A stretch of DNA of 64,000 nt from Candidatus Babeliales bacterium (GCA_963743635.1 CAVUQO010000003.1:32001-96000), one strand, 5' to 3'. Shown: positions 17,794 through 28,779, counted from the stretch's first letter. Made by a program: numbers and translations. The notes: generated by a model from the letters alone, not told the origin.

Positions 17794-19194
17794 ATGTTAT
17801 TCAAACAGAAGGCCAGTCTATATTGCCTATGCGCAGCATTATTGATGAGCAAGGGCATTCACAGCTCGGCACCAAATACGATAACAAGCGCAATAGGCAG
17901 TCCTAATTTCAATGCGCCCACGAGTATCGCAATCACGCCCGATGGAAGTACCGCATACGTTGTAAACTCAGGAACCACTAATCACGATCACGCCATCAGT
18001 ATCATCGATGTCAGCACCAATACCGTGACTGGTTATGTGCAAGATCCTAACAATTTATTAGATCATCCAACCTATATATCGATTATTCCTAATGGCAGCA
18101 TTGCGTACGTAATCAATGGGACCTATCCATCGAGCTCGGATTCACTGTGTTATATTGATCTTAATCCATCAGACACTACATACAACACGGTTATAGGAAC
18201 CGTTCCTCAAACTTATCCTTTTACTAATCTTACCGCCGTTGGATATACATTGGATAGCTCTACCGCGTATGTGGCAGATGCAGCCTCCCAGTATATAACA
18301 CTTGTTGCCACGCCAGCTGATCCCTATAACCAAATACATACCCGCATTTATGGTGCTAATATGGCAGTCTCGCCCGACGGATCAACACTGTATACCACCG
18401 ATGGTGTATCGAGCCTTGTCATTAATAGTACAGGCTCTTATCACGTACTTGCTACACTTTCTATTCCTGGCGCTGGCGCTATTGCATTTGGTGATAACAC
18501 CGACAAAGCATACATAGCATGCTCAACGGGGGTGGCAATTATAAATGTTCCAACTAACGCACTCGCAAGTCCATCAAGTGTTTCTGGTGCCTCGACTCCT
18601 CCCTCGTATATTGCATTCACGCCCGATGGCAGCACTGCATATTTAGTCTACGCCGAATATAACATGATCAGCGTTGTTGACGTTGCAACTGATACGGTGA
18701 TAGACACCTTAACGAATGACACCGCAACGCCACTAAATGCACCCTATGCAGTCGCGATCACACCAGGTGGCTCTAAAGGATATATTACAGATCAGGGCGC
18801 CACCGCCCCAGGCACAGTGAGTATTATGACGTATGTAAATCCATATGGTTACGATTATCCATACATTTATCCCATACCTCCAGACATGCCAACCCCGCTC
18901 CCGCCAAGCAAAATCAATGGATGCAAAACGCAAAATGTATTCTTCACGCAAACTGATTTTATAAACAATATTACGTGGACGGCTCCAACAGTAGGCACAA
19001 TTCCAGCCGCATATAGCATTTATCGCGATCCATATCTGACCGATTTAGTTGCCACCGTTCCTGCAAGCGGTGCACTCCAATATTACGATCACAACCGAAA
19101 TCCAAATGTTACGTACAGTTATTACATTGTTTCTGTTGATGCATTTGGTAATATGTCAGAACCAAACAGCGTAATGGTAGTAAATCTATGCTAG
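17794..19194 (+). CDS. Secreted YncE/YVTN-type beta-propeller protein with C-terminal FN3-like domain
   Basis: AITPDGSTAYV-type repeats, ISVVDVATDTV; tail homologous to tails of 5328 and 6968. Confidence 0.85.
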   Translation: MLFKQKASLYCLCAALLMSKGIHSSAPNTITSAIGSPNFNAPTSIAITPDGSTAYVVNSGTTNHDHAISIIDVSTNTVTGYVQDPNNLLDHPTYISIIPNGSIAYVINGTYPSSSDSLCYIDLNPSDTTYNTVIGTVPQTYPFTNLTAVGYTLDSSTAYVADAASQYITLVATPADPYNQIHTRIYGANMAVSPDGSTLYTTDGVSSLVINSTGSYHVLATLSIPGAGAIAFGDNTDKAYIACSTGVAIINVPTNALASPSSVSGASTPPSYIAFTPDGSTAYLVYAEYNMISVVDVATDTVIDTLTNDTATPLNAPYAVAITPGGSKGYITDQGATAPGTVSIMTYVNPYGYDYPYIYPIPPDMPTPLPPSKINGCKTQNVFFTQTDFINNITWTAPTVGTIPAAYSIYRDPYLTDLVATVPASGALQYYDHNRNPNVTYSYYIVSVDAFGNMSEPNSVMVVNLC

Positions 19195-19245
19195 CTCTTA
19201 TGCATTAAAAATCGGATACCGATTCAACGAGTTCCTTTCTAAAAA

Positions 19246-19284
19246 AGCGCACGTGTAAGAACAATCCCTTACACGTGCGCTTTT
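19246..19284 (+). terminator. Intrinsic terminator
   Basis: AAGCGCACGTGTAAG/CTTACACGTGCGCTT followed by T run. Confidence 0.75.
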
Positions 19285-19362
19285 ACTTTTACTCCCATAA
19301 AAAATAAGATATTCTTTCTTTCGATATTTAATAGAAACGTTAGTTCTAATCATGGGAGTATC

Positions 19363-19833
19363 ATGAAATTCATTCAATCTCTCATATTTATATCTGCTCT
19401 CATTCTAGTATCAGACACATTCCCCATGGGCTCATCGCGTCCTGAACGCGAACTGCAACGGCGATCAAGTAGGCGGTTCCTTTTTCAATTAAAAAGTCCA
19501 CGCATCGAAACGCCAACGCCGCTGCCATTTAATCAAGAAGACTTTAAAGATCATGAATCTTTTATAAAAACTGCATATACATCACTGCGAGAAGATCCTC
19601 AAGGAATCGTCACTGAGGCAAAAGCAAATCTGCTCCACGATTATCTCATAACAGTCGATCCTACTTCTCAAGCGCTCCTGCAAGATAAGATCAATTATAT
19701 TGAAGAGCGCATATGGAAACAGACCTCCGGTAATCGCTATAAAGAGTACAAAGAAACAAGTAACCTGCATGAGGCAGTATCGGCAATGATACGAAACACC
19801 AAACCTCCATCCCTTACTGCACACTGTAATTAA
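19363..19833 (+). CDS. Secreted hypothetical protein
   Basis: GGGAG RBS; signal peptide ...SDTFP|MG. Confidence 0.65.
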   Translation: MKFIQSLIFISALILVSDTFPMGSSRPERELQRRSSRRFLFQLKSPRIETPTPLPFNQEDFKDHESFIKTAYTSLREDPQGIVTEAKANLLHDYLITVDPTSQALLQDKINYIEERIWKQTSGNRYKEYKETSNLHEAVSAMIRNTKPPSLTAHCN

Positions 19834-19965
19834 CTTCAGTAATGCCTAACGTTCTTCTATAGACATCCCCTTGAAATAGATATCCCTTCCACTTACGGTA
19901 AAAATCGTATATCCTTTCCGATCGTATAAATCCATACAGATATTCAATCAAAAAGGATATTATCC

Positions 19966-21429
19966 ATGCAAACAATGAAATCACTTTCACTATTCTTACT
20001 GCTCGCCGCACCACATGCATGCGCAATGAACATGCAAGAGATAATAATCAGCAGCACCATTGATGATGTCAGAAATATTGTACATAAAGAAAAACCGGTT
20101 GAGGAAGCAAGGCTTTTGCTCGAGGTTGCCAGCAGTCACGGGAAAAAACCTCTTTACACGCACACCGCAATTCTAGCAGGCGAAATCAAGGCTTTGGATA
20201 TCTTCCTTAAAGCAGGCGCTCCCAAAGAACAAGATGCAAAAAAAAGAACCCCGCTCCACTGCGCGCTCGATAAAGATAACACTGAGGCAATTACAGTGCT
20301 TTTTCAATATCCAGAGATGCGAGAATACGATCTGACAAGCAAGGTCAAATCAAAAGAAATGCTTCGACACTATTGCCAAGAGGTGGAGAAAGTATCTCCA
20401 CGCGAGCAAAATCCCAGCACCTGGATAGCAATGACCACCGCAATTACGCCTCCATACATTGAAGATAAACACGGAAAGCTGCCCCCTTTCTCGATCCCTT
20501 CGCACATGCGTGAGATAACGCAAGAGTTTATTGATAAGGGTTATGTGTATATACCAATGTTTTCAGAAAAAGATTCCGCAAAATATGACGCACCCTATAT
20601 AAACTCACTCAGAATGCTCCTCGGTGCAAAGGAAGTCTCTTTACCAGAGGATCTACGTCTTAAGGCACAACAATGCGTAATCTCTCATCATATAAGGTTT
20701 GGCACCATATCTGAGCTGGTCTACATAAAACAAGAATTTAACGATCAAGCCAATAATCCTTTGATCTCGCCATTATTAAAACAGATTCAATATAAAATGG
20801 CCGATCATTATGCAGAGCAATATTTAGAGGCAAAATCAAACATGTCAAATACATATTACCGAAGTTGCAAAAACTGCATACTTCTTAGTCTCACCCCCGA
20901 TGTTCAAGAACATTTTAATCAAAACAATCTCCTGACCTGGCATCTTTATAGAAAAGCACTCTTAAATAATGATCGTGATGTAATCAACAAAATCAAACAA
21001 ATTACCTCTATTGCGGATAATCAAACTACGGAATGGAATAACGCATTGGCAATGTGTGGCGAACTAAACGCTGCCCCGCATGTCACGGATGAAATGCGTC
21101 TTTGTGCAGCGAAAATTACTGCTATTGCGGACTTAGACCCTGCTTTTTTCAGACGCTCCATGAATAGAAAAACCGCAAATTTGATTCATGATTTTGGAAT
21201 CCAAGGTGGTTTCGACGATTTAGCATCACGCGTATATGATTACGTTTCAGATGATCGCATTCCATTGCGCCAATGTAATCCATTCTATCAATATCGCAAA
21301 TGCAGAGACCCTCACTTAGCAACTTATATAGCATATCTCGATCAAGATGATGCGCCTGCTGCAAGCGCAAGCACGAATCCTAACACTTCCAACAATGTTA
21401 ACGCGACAGATGAGAAGAAAGATCAATAA
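19966..21429 (+). CDS. Secreted ankyrin-repeat-containing protein
   Basis: HTAILAGEIKALDIFLKAGA and KRTPLHCAL ankyrin-like repeats; signal peptide ...HACA|MN. Confidence 0.75.
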   Translation: MQTMKSLSLFLLLAAPHACAMNMQEIIISSTIDDVRNIVHKEKPVEEARLLLEVASSHGKKPLYTHTAILAGEIKALDIFLKAGAPKEQDAKKRTPLHCALDKDNTEAITVLFQYPEMREYDLTSKVKSKEMLRHYCQEVEKVSPREQNPSTWIAMTTAITPPYIEDKHGKLPPFSIPSHMREITQEFIDKGYVYIPMFSEKDSAKYDAPYINSLRMLLGAKEVSLPEDLRLKAQQCVISHHIRFGTISELVYIKQEFNDQANNPLISPLLKQIQYKMADHYAEQYLEAKSNMSNTYYRSCKNCILLSLTPDVQEHFNQNNLLTWHLYRKALLNNDRDVINKIKQITSIADNQTTEWNNALAMCGELNAAPHVTDEMRLCAAKITAIADLDPAFFRRSMNRKTANLIHDFGIQGGFDDLASRVYDYVSDDRIPLRQCNPFYQYRKCRDPHLATYIAYLDQDDAPAASASTNPNTSNNVNATDEKKDQ

Positions 21430-21448
21430 CGCATTTTAATCTTTAGTA

Positions 21449-21485
21449 AAACGGGGATGCGGTTTTTATGCCTACATCCCCGTTT
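21449..21485 (+). terminator. Intrinsic terminator-like hairpin
   Basis: AAACGGGGATG/CATCCCCGTTT. Confidence 0.6.
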
Positions 21486-21588
21486 ATATTTAAAAAAATC
21501 ACATACTCTTTCGCCGCGCTCCAAAATTATATAGACTTTCCGATCGTACCAATTAATGCATGGATATCTAACCAAAAAGGAAAAGTTT

Positions 21589-22794
21589 ATGAAATTGATG
21601 AAATCAGGTCTATTGATAACAAGCATCATACTATGCCAGCATCTTGTTGCGATGCAGCAAGCTTCTATGGAACCAGAAAATTATCCTCACAGAGCGACCG
21701 ATTCATTGGATGTACGCGCACTGAAAGCGTTGCAATCAAAAAAAGAAAAGGATGAACGAAGCATTCTCGCAGCAGCCCTCTTTGGAGAATATACATATTA
21801 TATGGCGGCAAAAAATGTGGCTTACACCCATAAAAATGCACCTCGCTCCAAGGATGCAGCTCGACGCAAAGACCTATATGATAGTTCAGTATCTGCTCAT
21901 GAAAGAAATCTCGAAAAAGACCGAGAAACTATACGTCACATAATTAAGCATAAAAAAATAAAGTTCGAGGGAACTACCCGCGATCTTGAACTCGCATTTT
22001 TCACCTATAACTCACTGTTTCGAGAGCCTTACGAAGATAAGGAGGAACTCTTGAAAGATTTGCAATCCGTCACTCATGACTTCCTTAATAACTCCAATGG
22101 ACCAACCGTTCTGCTTCGTTTAGCGCTCTATCTCCAAGACGAACAAAAGATCGTCAAATGGTGTATTGATCATGGAGCATCTGTTAATGGCATGATGAAA
22201 CCATTACCGGCAGGTATCCTCTCACCTTTCTACCAAAACGCGTATAATGAACGTATCGCTACTCATCCTCTGGAAGTAGTAATTAAGCTGGTCGATGAAA
22301 ATACTGATTACCCACAATCGCCTGTTTTAAAATATGCTGAAGAAATGTTTACTTTACTAAAAAATCGCGGCGCGACTATGAATAGCGCGCAATACGCAGC
22401 TATTTTGCGCGAATCAACGCCTGAAAGTAGACTCGCCGAGGCTTATCTTATTTTAACTCGTGATAAAAATCTAAAACTCGAACCAGAACTTGCCGACCTT
22501 GCATGCAGTGCGGCTAAAAGATGGAGACAAGACTGCTATAACCCAAAACGCACGGCACAAATGAACCAGAATTTATCAAATCATTACCAACAGATGGCCA
22601 ATATAGTTGAAGATATCGCATGGCAATACACGTCAGGCACTTACTATCCACTAAAAAAAGCAATGGCTGCGGTCAATAAATTTTTCCATCGTGAAGAGGC
22701 TCCTCAGGCAGCACCTTCAAATACGCAAAGGATAAATCCAAATCAGCCAATCAAAGGGATGGATAATCGACCTTTAATCGAAAACGAACAGTAA
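21589..22794 (+). CDS. Secreted hypothetical protein with degenerate ankyrin-like repeats
   Basis: IVKWCIDHGASVN, LLKNRGA; AAGGA RBS before ATG 21589; signal peptide ...HLVA|MQ. Confidence 0.7.
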   Translation: MKLMKSGLLITSIILCQHLVAMQQASMEPENYPHRATDSLDVRALKALQSKKEKDERSILAAALFGEYTYYMAAKNVAYTHKNAPRSKDAARRKDLYDSSVSAHERNLEKDRETIRHIIKHKKIKFEGTTRDLELAFFTYNSLFREPYEDKEELLKDLQSVTHDFLNNSNGPTVLLRLALYLQDEQKIVKWCIDHGASVNGMMKPLPAGILSPFYQNAYNERIATHPLEVVIKLVDENTDYPQSPVLKYAEEMFTLLKNRGATMNSAQYAAILRESTPESRLAEAYLILTRDKNLKLEPELADLACSAAKRWRQDCYNPKRTAQMNQNLSNHYQQMANIVEDIAWQYTSGTYYPLKKAMAAVNKFFHREEAPQAAPSNTQRINPNQPIKGMDNRPLIENEQ

Positions 22795-22852
22795 TAATAG
22801 CGCATCATTCAACATACTCCTGATGATTTATGATTAAAAAAAGAGACCACCG

Positions 22853-23617
22853 GTGAATCAAAAAACATACTTCATAGCAAACTGGAAAATGGCATGCGCT
22901 TTTAAAGGCGCATGCCATCTTGCCAAAACCTATCAAGAACAAGCACATACGCTCAATTTCGAGCGAAGCGAAATCATTATCTGCCCCTCATTTGACGCGC
23001 TTGCTTCGTGCGCGCAGATCATCGCCCAATCGCCGATTCAGCTCGCCGCTCAAACCGTATCGCCCTTTCCACTCGGCGCGCATACCGGGCAAGTAGCTGC
23101 GCAATCACTTTCAGAAATTGGCTGCAGTCACGCCATTATTGGGCACAGTGAACGGCGCCTAGAATGCCATGACACCAATGAACTCATTGCCAATCAGGCC
23201 AGAGAACTGATCGCGCACGGCATCACTCCTATTATATGTATCGGCGAAACTGAGGTGGAATTTAAGGCGGGTCTAGCAACTGCAGTATTTGAAATGCAGC
23301 TTGAGCCGGTGCTCGCGGTGATCCAAGCCGCCTCAAAATCGCTCATGCCAATAATTGCCTACGAACCTATATTTGCCATTGGTACCGGCATTATTCCTGA
23401 CCCTGGATATCTGAAAAAGATGTTTAGCTGGCTCGATGCCCACCTTAAAAACACCCTTCCAAACCAAGAATTTATCCTACTTTATGGGGGTAGCGTTTCG
23501 GATACAACCATCGATTCACTCAAGGGGATCAGCGAAATTCAAGGATTTTTAATCGGAAGTGCAAGTCTTGATTTTCAAAAGTTTCAGAAAATAGTATCCT
23601 TATGGTATACAAAGTAA
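22853..23617 (+). CDS. tpiA: Triosephosphate isomerase
   Basis: ANWKM, IGHSERR, AYEPIFAIGTG, LYGGSV. Confidence 0.96.
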   Translation: MNQKTYFIANWKMACAFKGACHLAKTYQEQAHTLNFERSEIIICPSFDALASCAQIIAQSPIQLAAQTVSPFPLGAHTGQVAAQSLSEIGCSHAIIGHSERRLECHDTNELIANQARELIAHGITPIICIGETEVEFKAGLATAVFEMQLEPVLAVIQAASKSLMPIIAYEPIFAIGTGIIPDPGYLKKMFSWLDAHLKNTLPNQEFILLYGGSVSDTTIDSLKGISEIQGFLIGSASLDFQKFQKIVSLWYTK

Positions 23618-23647
23618 TATAGATTTACCAAATCAACGGAGCTCTCA

Positions 23648-24028
23648 ATGCTATTCGGTTTTTTACTCACCCTATTTGTCATCAACTGTTTCTTACTAAT
23701 CCTGCTTATTTTGATCCAACAAGGCAAAAGCAGCATGGGCCTTGGCGCTATGGGCGGCGGCACTCAAATGCTTTTCGGGGGATCAGGCGGCCAGGATATT
23801 TTTCAGAAAACAACCTGGATTCTTGGTGCAATTTTCATGTTTGGTTCGTTTGGCCTTGCGCTTCATAAGAATAGCGCCACTTCACGTTACCTTACTCCAA
23901 ACAGTTCCCGTTCTGTAACTCAACAACAAATCCCAATGCCACAAGCAGCACAAACTGCAGCACCAATGGAATACCCAGCACCTGCAGCGCAAGAAGCAGC
24001 TCCTGAAACAACAGAAGAAGCGGCTTAA
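23648..24028 (+). CDS. secG: Preprotein translocase subunit SecG
   Basis: Two TMs around ILIQQGK...GGG..LFG; follows tpiA as is common. Confidence 0.92.
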   Translation: MLFGFLLTLFVINCFLLILLILIQQGKSSMGLGAMGGGTQMLFGGSGGQDIFQKTTWILGAIFMFGSFGLALHKNSATSRYLTPNSSRSVTQQQIPMPQAAQTAAPMEYPAPAAQEAAPETTEEAA

Positions 24029-24054
24029 CAAAAAGCGCGTAAAAAGGGACGTGA

Positions 24055-24834
24055 GTGTTTATTGCGTTTATCAATTCCATCGGTCGATTTACGCTCAATG
24101 TCTGCGAAAACGTAGGCGCGTTCTGCCTCTTTTTTGCACAGATCTTAAAGACCCTCATAACTACACGACTCGATGTGCATAAAGTATTCGTGCAGATGGA
24201 ACGCATCGGCGTCGAATCACTCACCATCACTGTGCTCACCGGATCATTCACGGGCATGGTTCTCGCACTGCAAAGTTATATCGGTTTTCAACGCGTGGGC
24301 GGCGAACAATTTATCGGGTCTATCGTCGCACTGGGCATGATTCGTGAATTGGGCCCCGTACTGACCGGACTCATGGTAATGGGACGCGCAGGATCCGCAA
24401 TCACCGCCGAAATCGGCACCATGCGTATCACCGAACAAATCGATGCACTACGCACACTTCGTATTAATGTTTTTCAATATTTAATCGTGCCCCGCGTTTT
24501 AGGCGGCACCATTATTATGCCCTTCCTCACCGTATTTTCCATGATATGCGGTATCATTGGCGGCTATTTTGTTTGCGTGAGTGTATTAGGACTCAGCGCT
24601 GAAGATTATCTTAATAATATCAGACGGTACGTCGAAGTATCTGATATACGCGGCGGTCTTATCAAATCAGGTTTCTTTGGCTTAATTTTAACATGGGTTG
24701 GCACATATAAAGGATATTACACGTCGGGCGGCGCCCGCGGCGTTGGCCTTTCAACAACACAGTCTGTGGTGCTTGGTTCCATGATGATTTTGATTTCAAA
24801 CTATTTCCTCACCAAATTACTTGAACAGTTATAG
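24055..24834 (+). CDS. mlaE: MlaE family lipid ABC transporter permease
   Basis: RELGPVLTGL, GSAITAEIGTMRITEQIDAL, GGARGVG..TT.SVV. Confidence 0.92.
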   Translation: MFIAFINSIGRFTLNVCENVGAFCLFFAQILKTLITTRLDVHKVFVQMERIGVESLTITVLTGSFTGMVLALQSYIGFQRVGGEQFIGSIVALGMIRELGPVLTGLMVMGRAGSAITAEIGTMRITEQIDALRTLRINVFQYLIVPRVLGGTIIMPFLTVFSMICGIIGGYFVCVSVLGLSAEDYLNNIRRYVEVSDIRGGLIKSGFFGLILTWVGTYKGYYTSGGARGVGLSTTQSVVLGSMMILISNYFLTKLLEQL

Positions 24835-24843
24835 AGGAAATAG

Positions 24844-25614
24844 ATGATACAAATTGTAGATTTAAAGAAAAAATTCGGAGATAAATTCGTCACCAATGGC
24901 GTCAATCTTGAAATTCCCGATGGGAAGATGACGGTTATCATTGGACGCTCAGGGGAAGGTAAATCGGTACTCCTGAAACAAGTGATTGGTCTTATCAAAC
25001 CAACATCAGGCAGCGTACTCTTTAATGGCGTTGATATTACCAAACTCTCGGGCAAAGAACTTGATGATGTACTCATAAATATCGGCTACGTATTCCAATT
25101 TGCAGCGCTCCTTGATTCACTCACCGTGTTTGAAAATGTTGGCATCACGCTACTTGAACACGGCATGTCGCACGACGCCGTATTGCCGCTGGTAAAAGAA
25201 AAACTGGCGCTCGTTAATCTTTCAGAAGATACACTTAATGTGTATCCATCGGAACTTTCAGGCGGTATGAGAAAGCGAGTGGGCTTGGCGCGCACGCTCA
25301 TCACTAATCCAAAAACGATTCTCTACGATGAACCTACAACGGGTCTCGATCCTATTACATCGCGCGTGATTCACGAACTGATGTACGATATGCAAAAGCG
25401 CCTGAAGCTCACTTCAGTTATCATTTCACACGATATTGAGATATTTAAGTACGCGGATTATATCGCACTGCTCCACGAGGGACAGATTAAATTCTTCGGA
25501 CCAGCCGCAACGATATGGGAATCCGATAATCCGTACATCTATCAATTTATCCGCGGCCTGCCTGAGGGACCGATCCAAACTGACCACTCGCTACACGCTA
25601 AAGATAAGTTTTAG
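24844..25614 (+). CDS. mlaF: MlaF family ABC transporter ATP-binding protein
   Basis: GRSGEGKS, FQFAALLDSLTV, ELSGGMRKRVGLAR, YDEPTTGLDP; follows mlaE. Confidence 0.9.
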   Translation: MIQIVDLKKKFGDKFVTNGVNLEIPDGKMTVIIGRSGEGKSVLLKQVIGLIKPTSGSVLFNGVDITKLSGKELDDVLINIGYVFQFAALLDSLTVFENVGITLLEHGMSHDAVLPLVKEKLALVNLSEDTLNVYPSELSGGMRKRVGLARTLITNPKTILYDEPTTGLDPITSRVIHELMYDMQKRLKLTSVIISHDIEIFKYADYIALLHEGQIKFFGPAATIWESDNPYIYQFIRGLPEGPIQTDHSLHAKDKF

Positions 25615-25893
25615 CTCATTCGACTGAAATAATTGCTTGCCATTCTACTCCGCATCCTTCCATCTTCGCCCTGCAGTCGTCACATTTTTACAGGGATCCA
25701 CAGGGGCCCAACCTGCAAGCAAAGCCCGCCCCAGATGAATTTCGAGCATTTCGATATTCGGATACAAGCCCTGAATGCCACTTTCTTATCAAAAAAAGCC
25801 ACAAAGACCCCTAAACCATTGATTTTCAGACTACTTTTTCTCTATGCTAGTAATTGATAATAATATTGATCTTCATAAAAAAGGAGAAAAACT

Positions 25894-26373
25894 ATGAAGA
25901 CACTCAAAGTAATGGCTATTATTGCCCTTGCAGGTTACGGATCGTTAGCATCCGCAGGAGACATGCAATTGGAAGCTCTTAGAGCATTAAAAATGACTAA
26001 TCCACAGGTTTACGCTGCTCTTACTGATACTATATATAACACCGGCGAGGGGCAACAGGCGCAGTTATCCAGTTATTTATTCAATAGTCTTCCTTCCCAA
26101 ATCCGAAGGTCGCTTGGACTAATCACGCCCTATAATGGTAACTATCAACTCATAGGGCATGCTACAGACAGAATCAAATTTATATTACACAATAACCTTC
26201 TTAATATGGATGCAAACGATGCAGCCGCATTCTTAGAATTAAGGGAACTCGGACGAGACAATCCCGATGCTTTAGAGAGACTAATCTCTGATGCGTTTAA
26301 TGCCTCAAATTGCAATAGAGCTTGCCATATAGTGAGACAGTACGCGAGAAATGCCGGCATTTTACTTTACTAA
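25894..26373 (+). CDS. Secreted hypothetical protein
   Basis: AAGGAG RBS; signal peptide ending ASA. Confidence 0.7.
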   Translation: MKTLKVMAIIALAGYGSLASAGDMQLEALRALKMTNPQVYAALTDTIYNTGEGQQAQLSSYLFNSLPSQIRRSLGLITPYNGNYQLIGHATDRIKFILHNNLLNMDANDAAAFLELRELGRDNPDALERLISDAFNASNCNRACHIVRQYARNAGILLY

Positions 26374-26400
26374 TCTTTGCGTGCAATACAGCTTTAATTA

Positions 26401-26433
26401 AAAGAGGCGCCCTATAACTGGGTGCCTCTTTTT
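26401..26433. terminator. Bidirectional terminator
   Basis: AAAGAGGCGCCC/GGGTGCCTCTTT with flanking A/T runs between convergent genes. Confidence 0.7.
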
Positions 26434-26455
26434 GTTTTAAATATATGGGCAATAA

Positions 26456-26926
26456 TTATAATTTTGCCTTAGGAAGATCAAGAATGATTAATCCTAAGGT
26501 TACCGGACAACCTTCTTTTTTATCGCCCTTCAATAGCTTCATATCGCTTAGATAGTGCAATTTCATGACGTTTTGCTCATTTACCGGAATTACTTTTTCA
26601 TCTATTTTTAAAGTTTCTGTAAGGCACTGCGTAGAATTATTCTCTCTAAAGAATTGCGCCCTTGATACATAGCCCTCAATAGTTGGATGCTTGTTTTTTA
26701 GTTTAAACAGCGAGAGCGCGACGGTATATTCATACTTGCTTTTTAGATCGCAACTGAACATAGGAAATGTTGTTTTCACTTCTTTGCCATTTGGAGAAAA
26801 TAAAACCACCTTTTTTTCTCCGTCGCCATCTCGCGTTAGCGATATTACGGCAGTGTATTCATCTTTGTTCTCCATTGCAAAGCCAGAAAGAGGTAACAAC
26901 AGCAATGTTGCCAATATACGTTTCAT
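26456..26926 (-). CDS. Secreted hypothetical protein
   Basis: AAGGA RBS before MKRILATLLLLPLSGFA|MENK. Confidence 0.7.
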   Translation of the reverse strand: MKRILATLLLLPLSGFAMENKDEYTAVISLTRDGDGEKKVVLFSPNGKEVKTTFPMFSCDLKSKYEYTVALSLFKLKNKHPTIEGYVSRAQFFRENNSTQCLTETLKIDEKVIPVNEQNVMKLHYLSDMKLLKGDKKEGCPVTLGLIILDLPKAKL

Positions 26927-27006
26927 AAGGATCCTTTCATCATTGTGAGAAGAAGATATTTGGATGGTCCCACATCCCATCCGTTTTTAATACGGGCAAG
27001 AGTATA

Positions 27007-27540
27007 TCAGAGTACATCTGGCTTGCTAAAATCCTTATATAGCATGCTTGGTTGTACGCCCTTATTATGCTGATATTTATTACTGTGATAGCGTACAAAA
27101 TCGCCTTCAATAGTGTGATAAAAAATTTGGCATACTTCGACGTTTGCATAGATCCGCACCGGTTGGATGCATGAAATTTCAAGCGTCCAATAACCGCTAA
27201 AGCCGACATCACCAAACCCTGCGGTAACGTGAATGAACATACCAAGACGACCAATTGAAGAACGGCCTTCGAGCATTGGAACGCAATTTTCGGTACGGGT
27301 ATGTTCTACGGTGCGGCCAAGATACAGCACGCCCGGCTCCAATAATAATCCTTCTTCAGGAATAACGATCTTTTTTGTTTTATGATTGCGTTTCATATCA
27401 AGTTCAGGTTCATCATACACTACCAATTCTTCATGAAGGCGCAGGTTATAACTGTTGGGCCCTAATTGAGATGGATTGAAGGGAGTAATGATAATGTCTT
27501 TATCTAAACGTCTTTGGATTTCTTTTCCTGATAAAATCAT
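27007..27540 (-). CDS. dcd: dCTP deaminase
   Basis: MILS, PNSYNLRL, EGRSSIGRLG, AGFGDVGFSGYWTLEI, KYQ. Confidence 0.93.
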   Translation of the reverse strand: MILSGKEIQRRLDKDIIITPFNPSQLGPNSYNLRLHEELVVYDEPELDMKRNHKTKKIVIPEEGLLLEPGVLYLGRTVEHTRTENCVPMLEGRSSIGRLGMFIHVTAGFGDVGFSGYWTLEISCIQPVRIYANVEVCQIFYHTIEGDFVRYHSNKYQHNKGVQPSMLYKDFSKPDVL

Positions 27541-27664
27541 ATTATTCCTTTATATCATTATATGCGCGTCATTTGTTGTAAGATTAACACATTATTGATA
27601 AAATTTATCCTATATTTACACTAATTGAAGAAATTAGATATAACGTCAGTGGTTACGCTAATCC

Positions 27665-28669
27665 ATGAAAGGTACCATCATGATAGAGACCCCCACACAC
27701 AATGCCCCCCTTGAAGCAATTCGTGAAGAAAGCGCTCGCTTTCAAGGGCTATACAAAGAAGTAAGCAAGGTCATTGTTGGCCAAGAAGAAATTGTTCGTT
27801 TTATCACCATTGCCATTTTATGTAATGGCCATATTCTTCTTGAGGGTGTTCCTGGCGTTGCAAAAACAAGTATGATCAAGGCGATCACGAAAGCACTCGG
27901 TCTTGCATTCAATCGCATTCAATTCACTCCCGATCTCTTGCCGGCTGACGTAATCGGAACACTGATATACAATCCTAAGACACATGAATTTGAAACAAAA
28001 AAAGGTCCAATTTTTGCAAATCTAATTCTTGCGGATGAAATCAACCGCGCTCCAGCAAAGGTGCAAGCAGCGCTTCTTGAAGCGATGCAAGAGCAGCAAG
28101 TAACTATCGGTTCTGAAACATTCAAACTCGATGAACCATTTTTGGTATTTGCAACACAAAATCCTCTTGAGCAAGAAGGTACCTATCGTTTGCCTGAGGC
28201 ACAGGTGGATCGATTTATGTTTAAATTATTGGTTGGGTATCCAAACATTAAAGATGAAGAGCAGATTATCAAAAAATCACTCACCACACATACGCTCTTT
28301 AATGTATTGACCAAGGAAGATATTCTCAACGCCCAACAACTCATTCAACAGATGTATGTTGATGACAAAATCAGCCAATATATCGTTAATATTGTATTCG
28401 CAACACGAAGCCCGATATCATACGGTTTGAAAGACTTAGCTCCTTTGATTCAGTATGGTGTTTCACCACGCGCAACCCTTGCACTGTATCACGCTGCACG
28501 CGCCTATGCATTTTTAAAACAGCGCAATTTTGTAACACCTGATGACGTCAAAGCAGTGTGTCCTGCAATTTTAAGACACCGTATTTTATTAACCTACCAA
28601 GCCGAGGCTGAAAACATTCAAACTGATTACATTATTCAAAAAATATTGAGTGCAGTTGAGGCGCCATAA
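27665..28669 (+). CDS. MoxR family AAA+ ATPase
   Basis: LLEGVPGVAKT, RIQFTPDLLPAD, LADEINRAPAKVQAALLEAMQE, ATQNPLEQEGTY. Confidence 0.93.
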   Translation: MKGTIMIETPTHNAPLEAIREESARFQGLYKEVSKVIVGQEEIVRFITIAILCNGHILLEGVPGVAKTSMIKAITKALGLAFNRIQFTPDLLPADVIGTLIYNPKTHEFETKKGPIFANLILADEINRAPAKVQAALLEAMQEQQVTIGSETFKLDEPFLVFATQNPLEQEGTYRLPEAQVDRFMFKLLVGYPNIKDEEQIIKKSLTTHTLFNVLTKEDILNAQQLIQQMYVDDKISQYIVNIVFATRSPISYGLKDLAPLIQYGVSPRATLALYHAARAYAFLKQRNFVTPDDVKAVCPAILRHRILLTYQAEAENIQTDYIIQKILSAVEAP

Positions 28670-28779
28670 ACATTGATAGAACTTTGTATATCTTGCATAC
28701 TATAACCAGGTCTTGGGCTTGACAAAATCAAGGCAAGGAGAGTATTGTGAAATAACAATGTAACATAAAGGAACTCTGA

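Noticed and set aside
19423..19445. MGSSRP as an N-myristoylation signal after signal-peptide cleavage
   Set aside because: Lacks Ser/Thr at position 6 and has Pro there; too weak to claim
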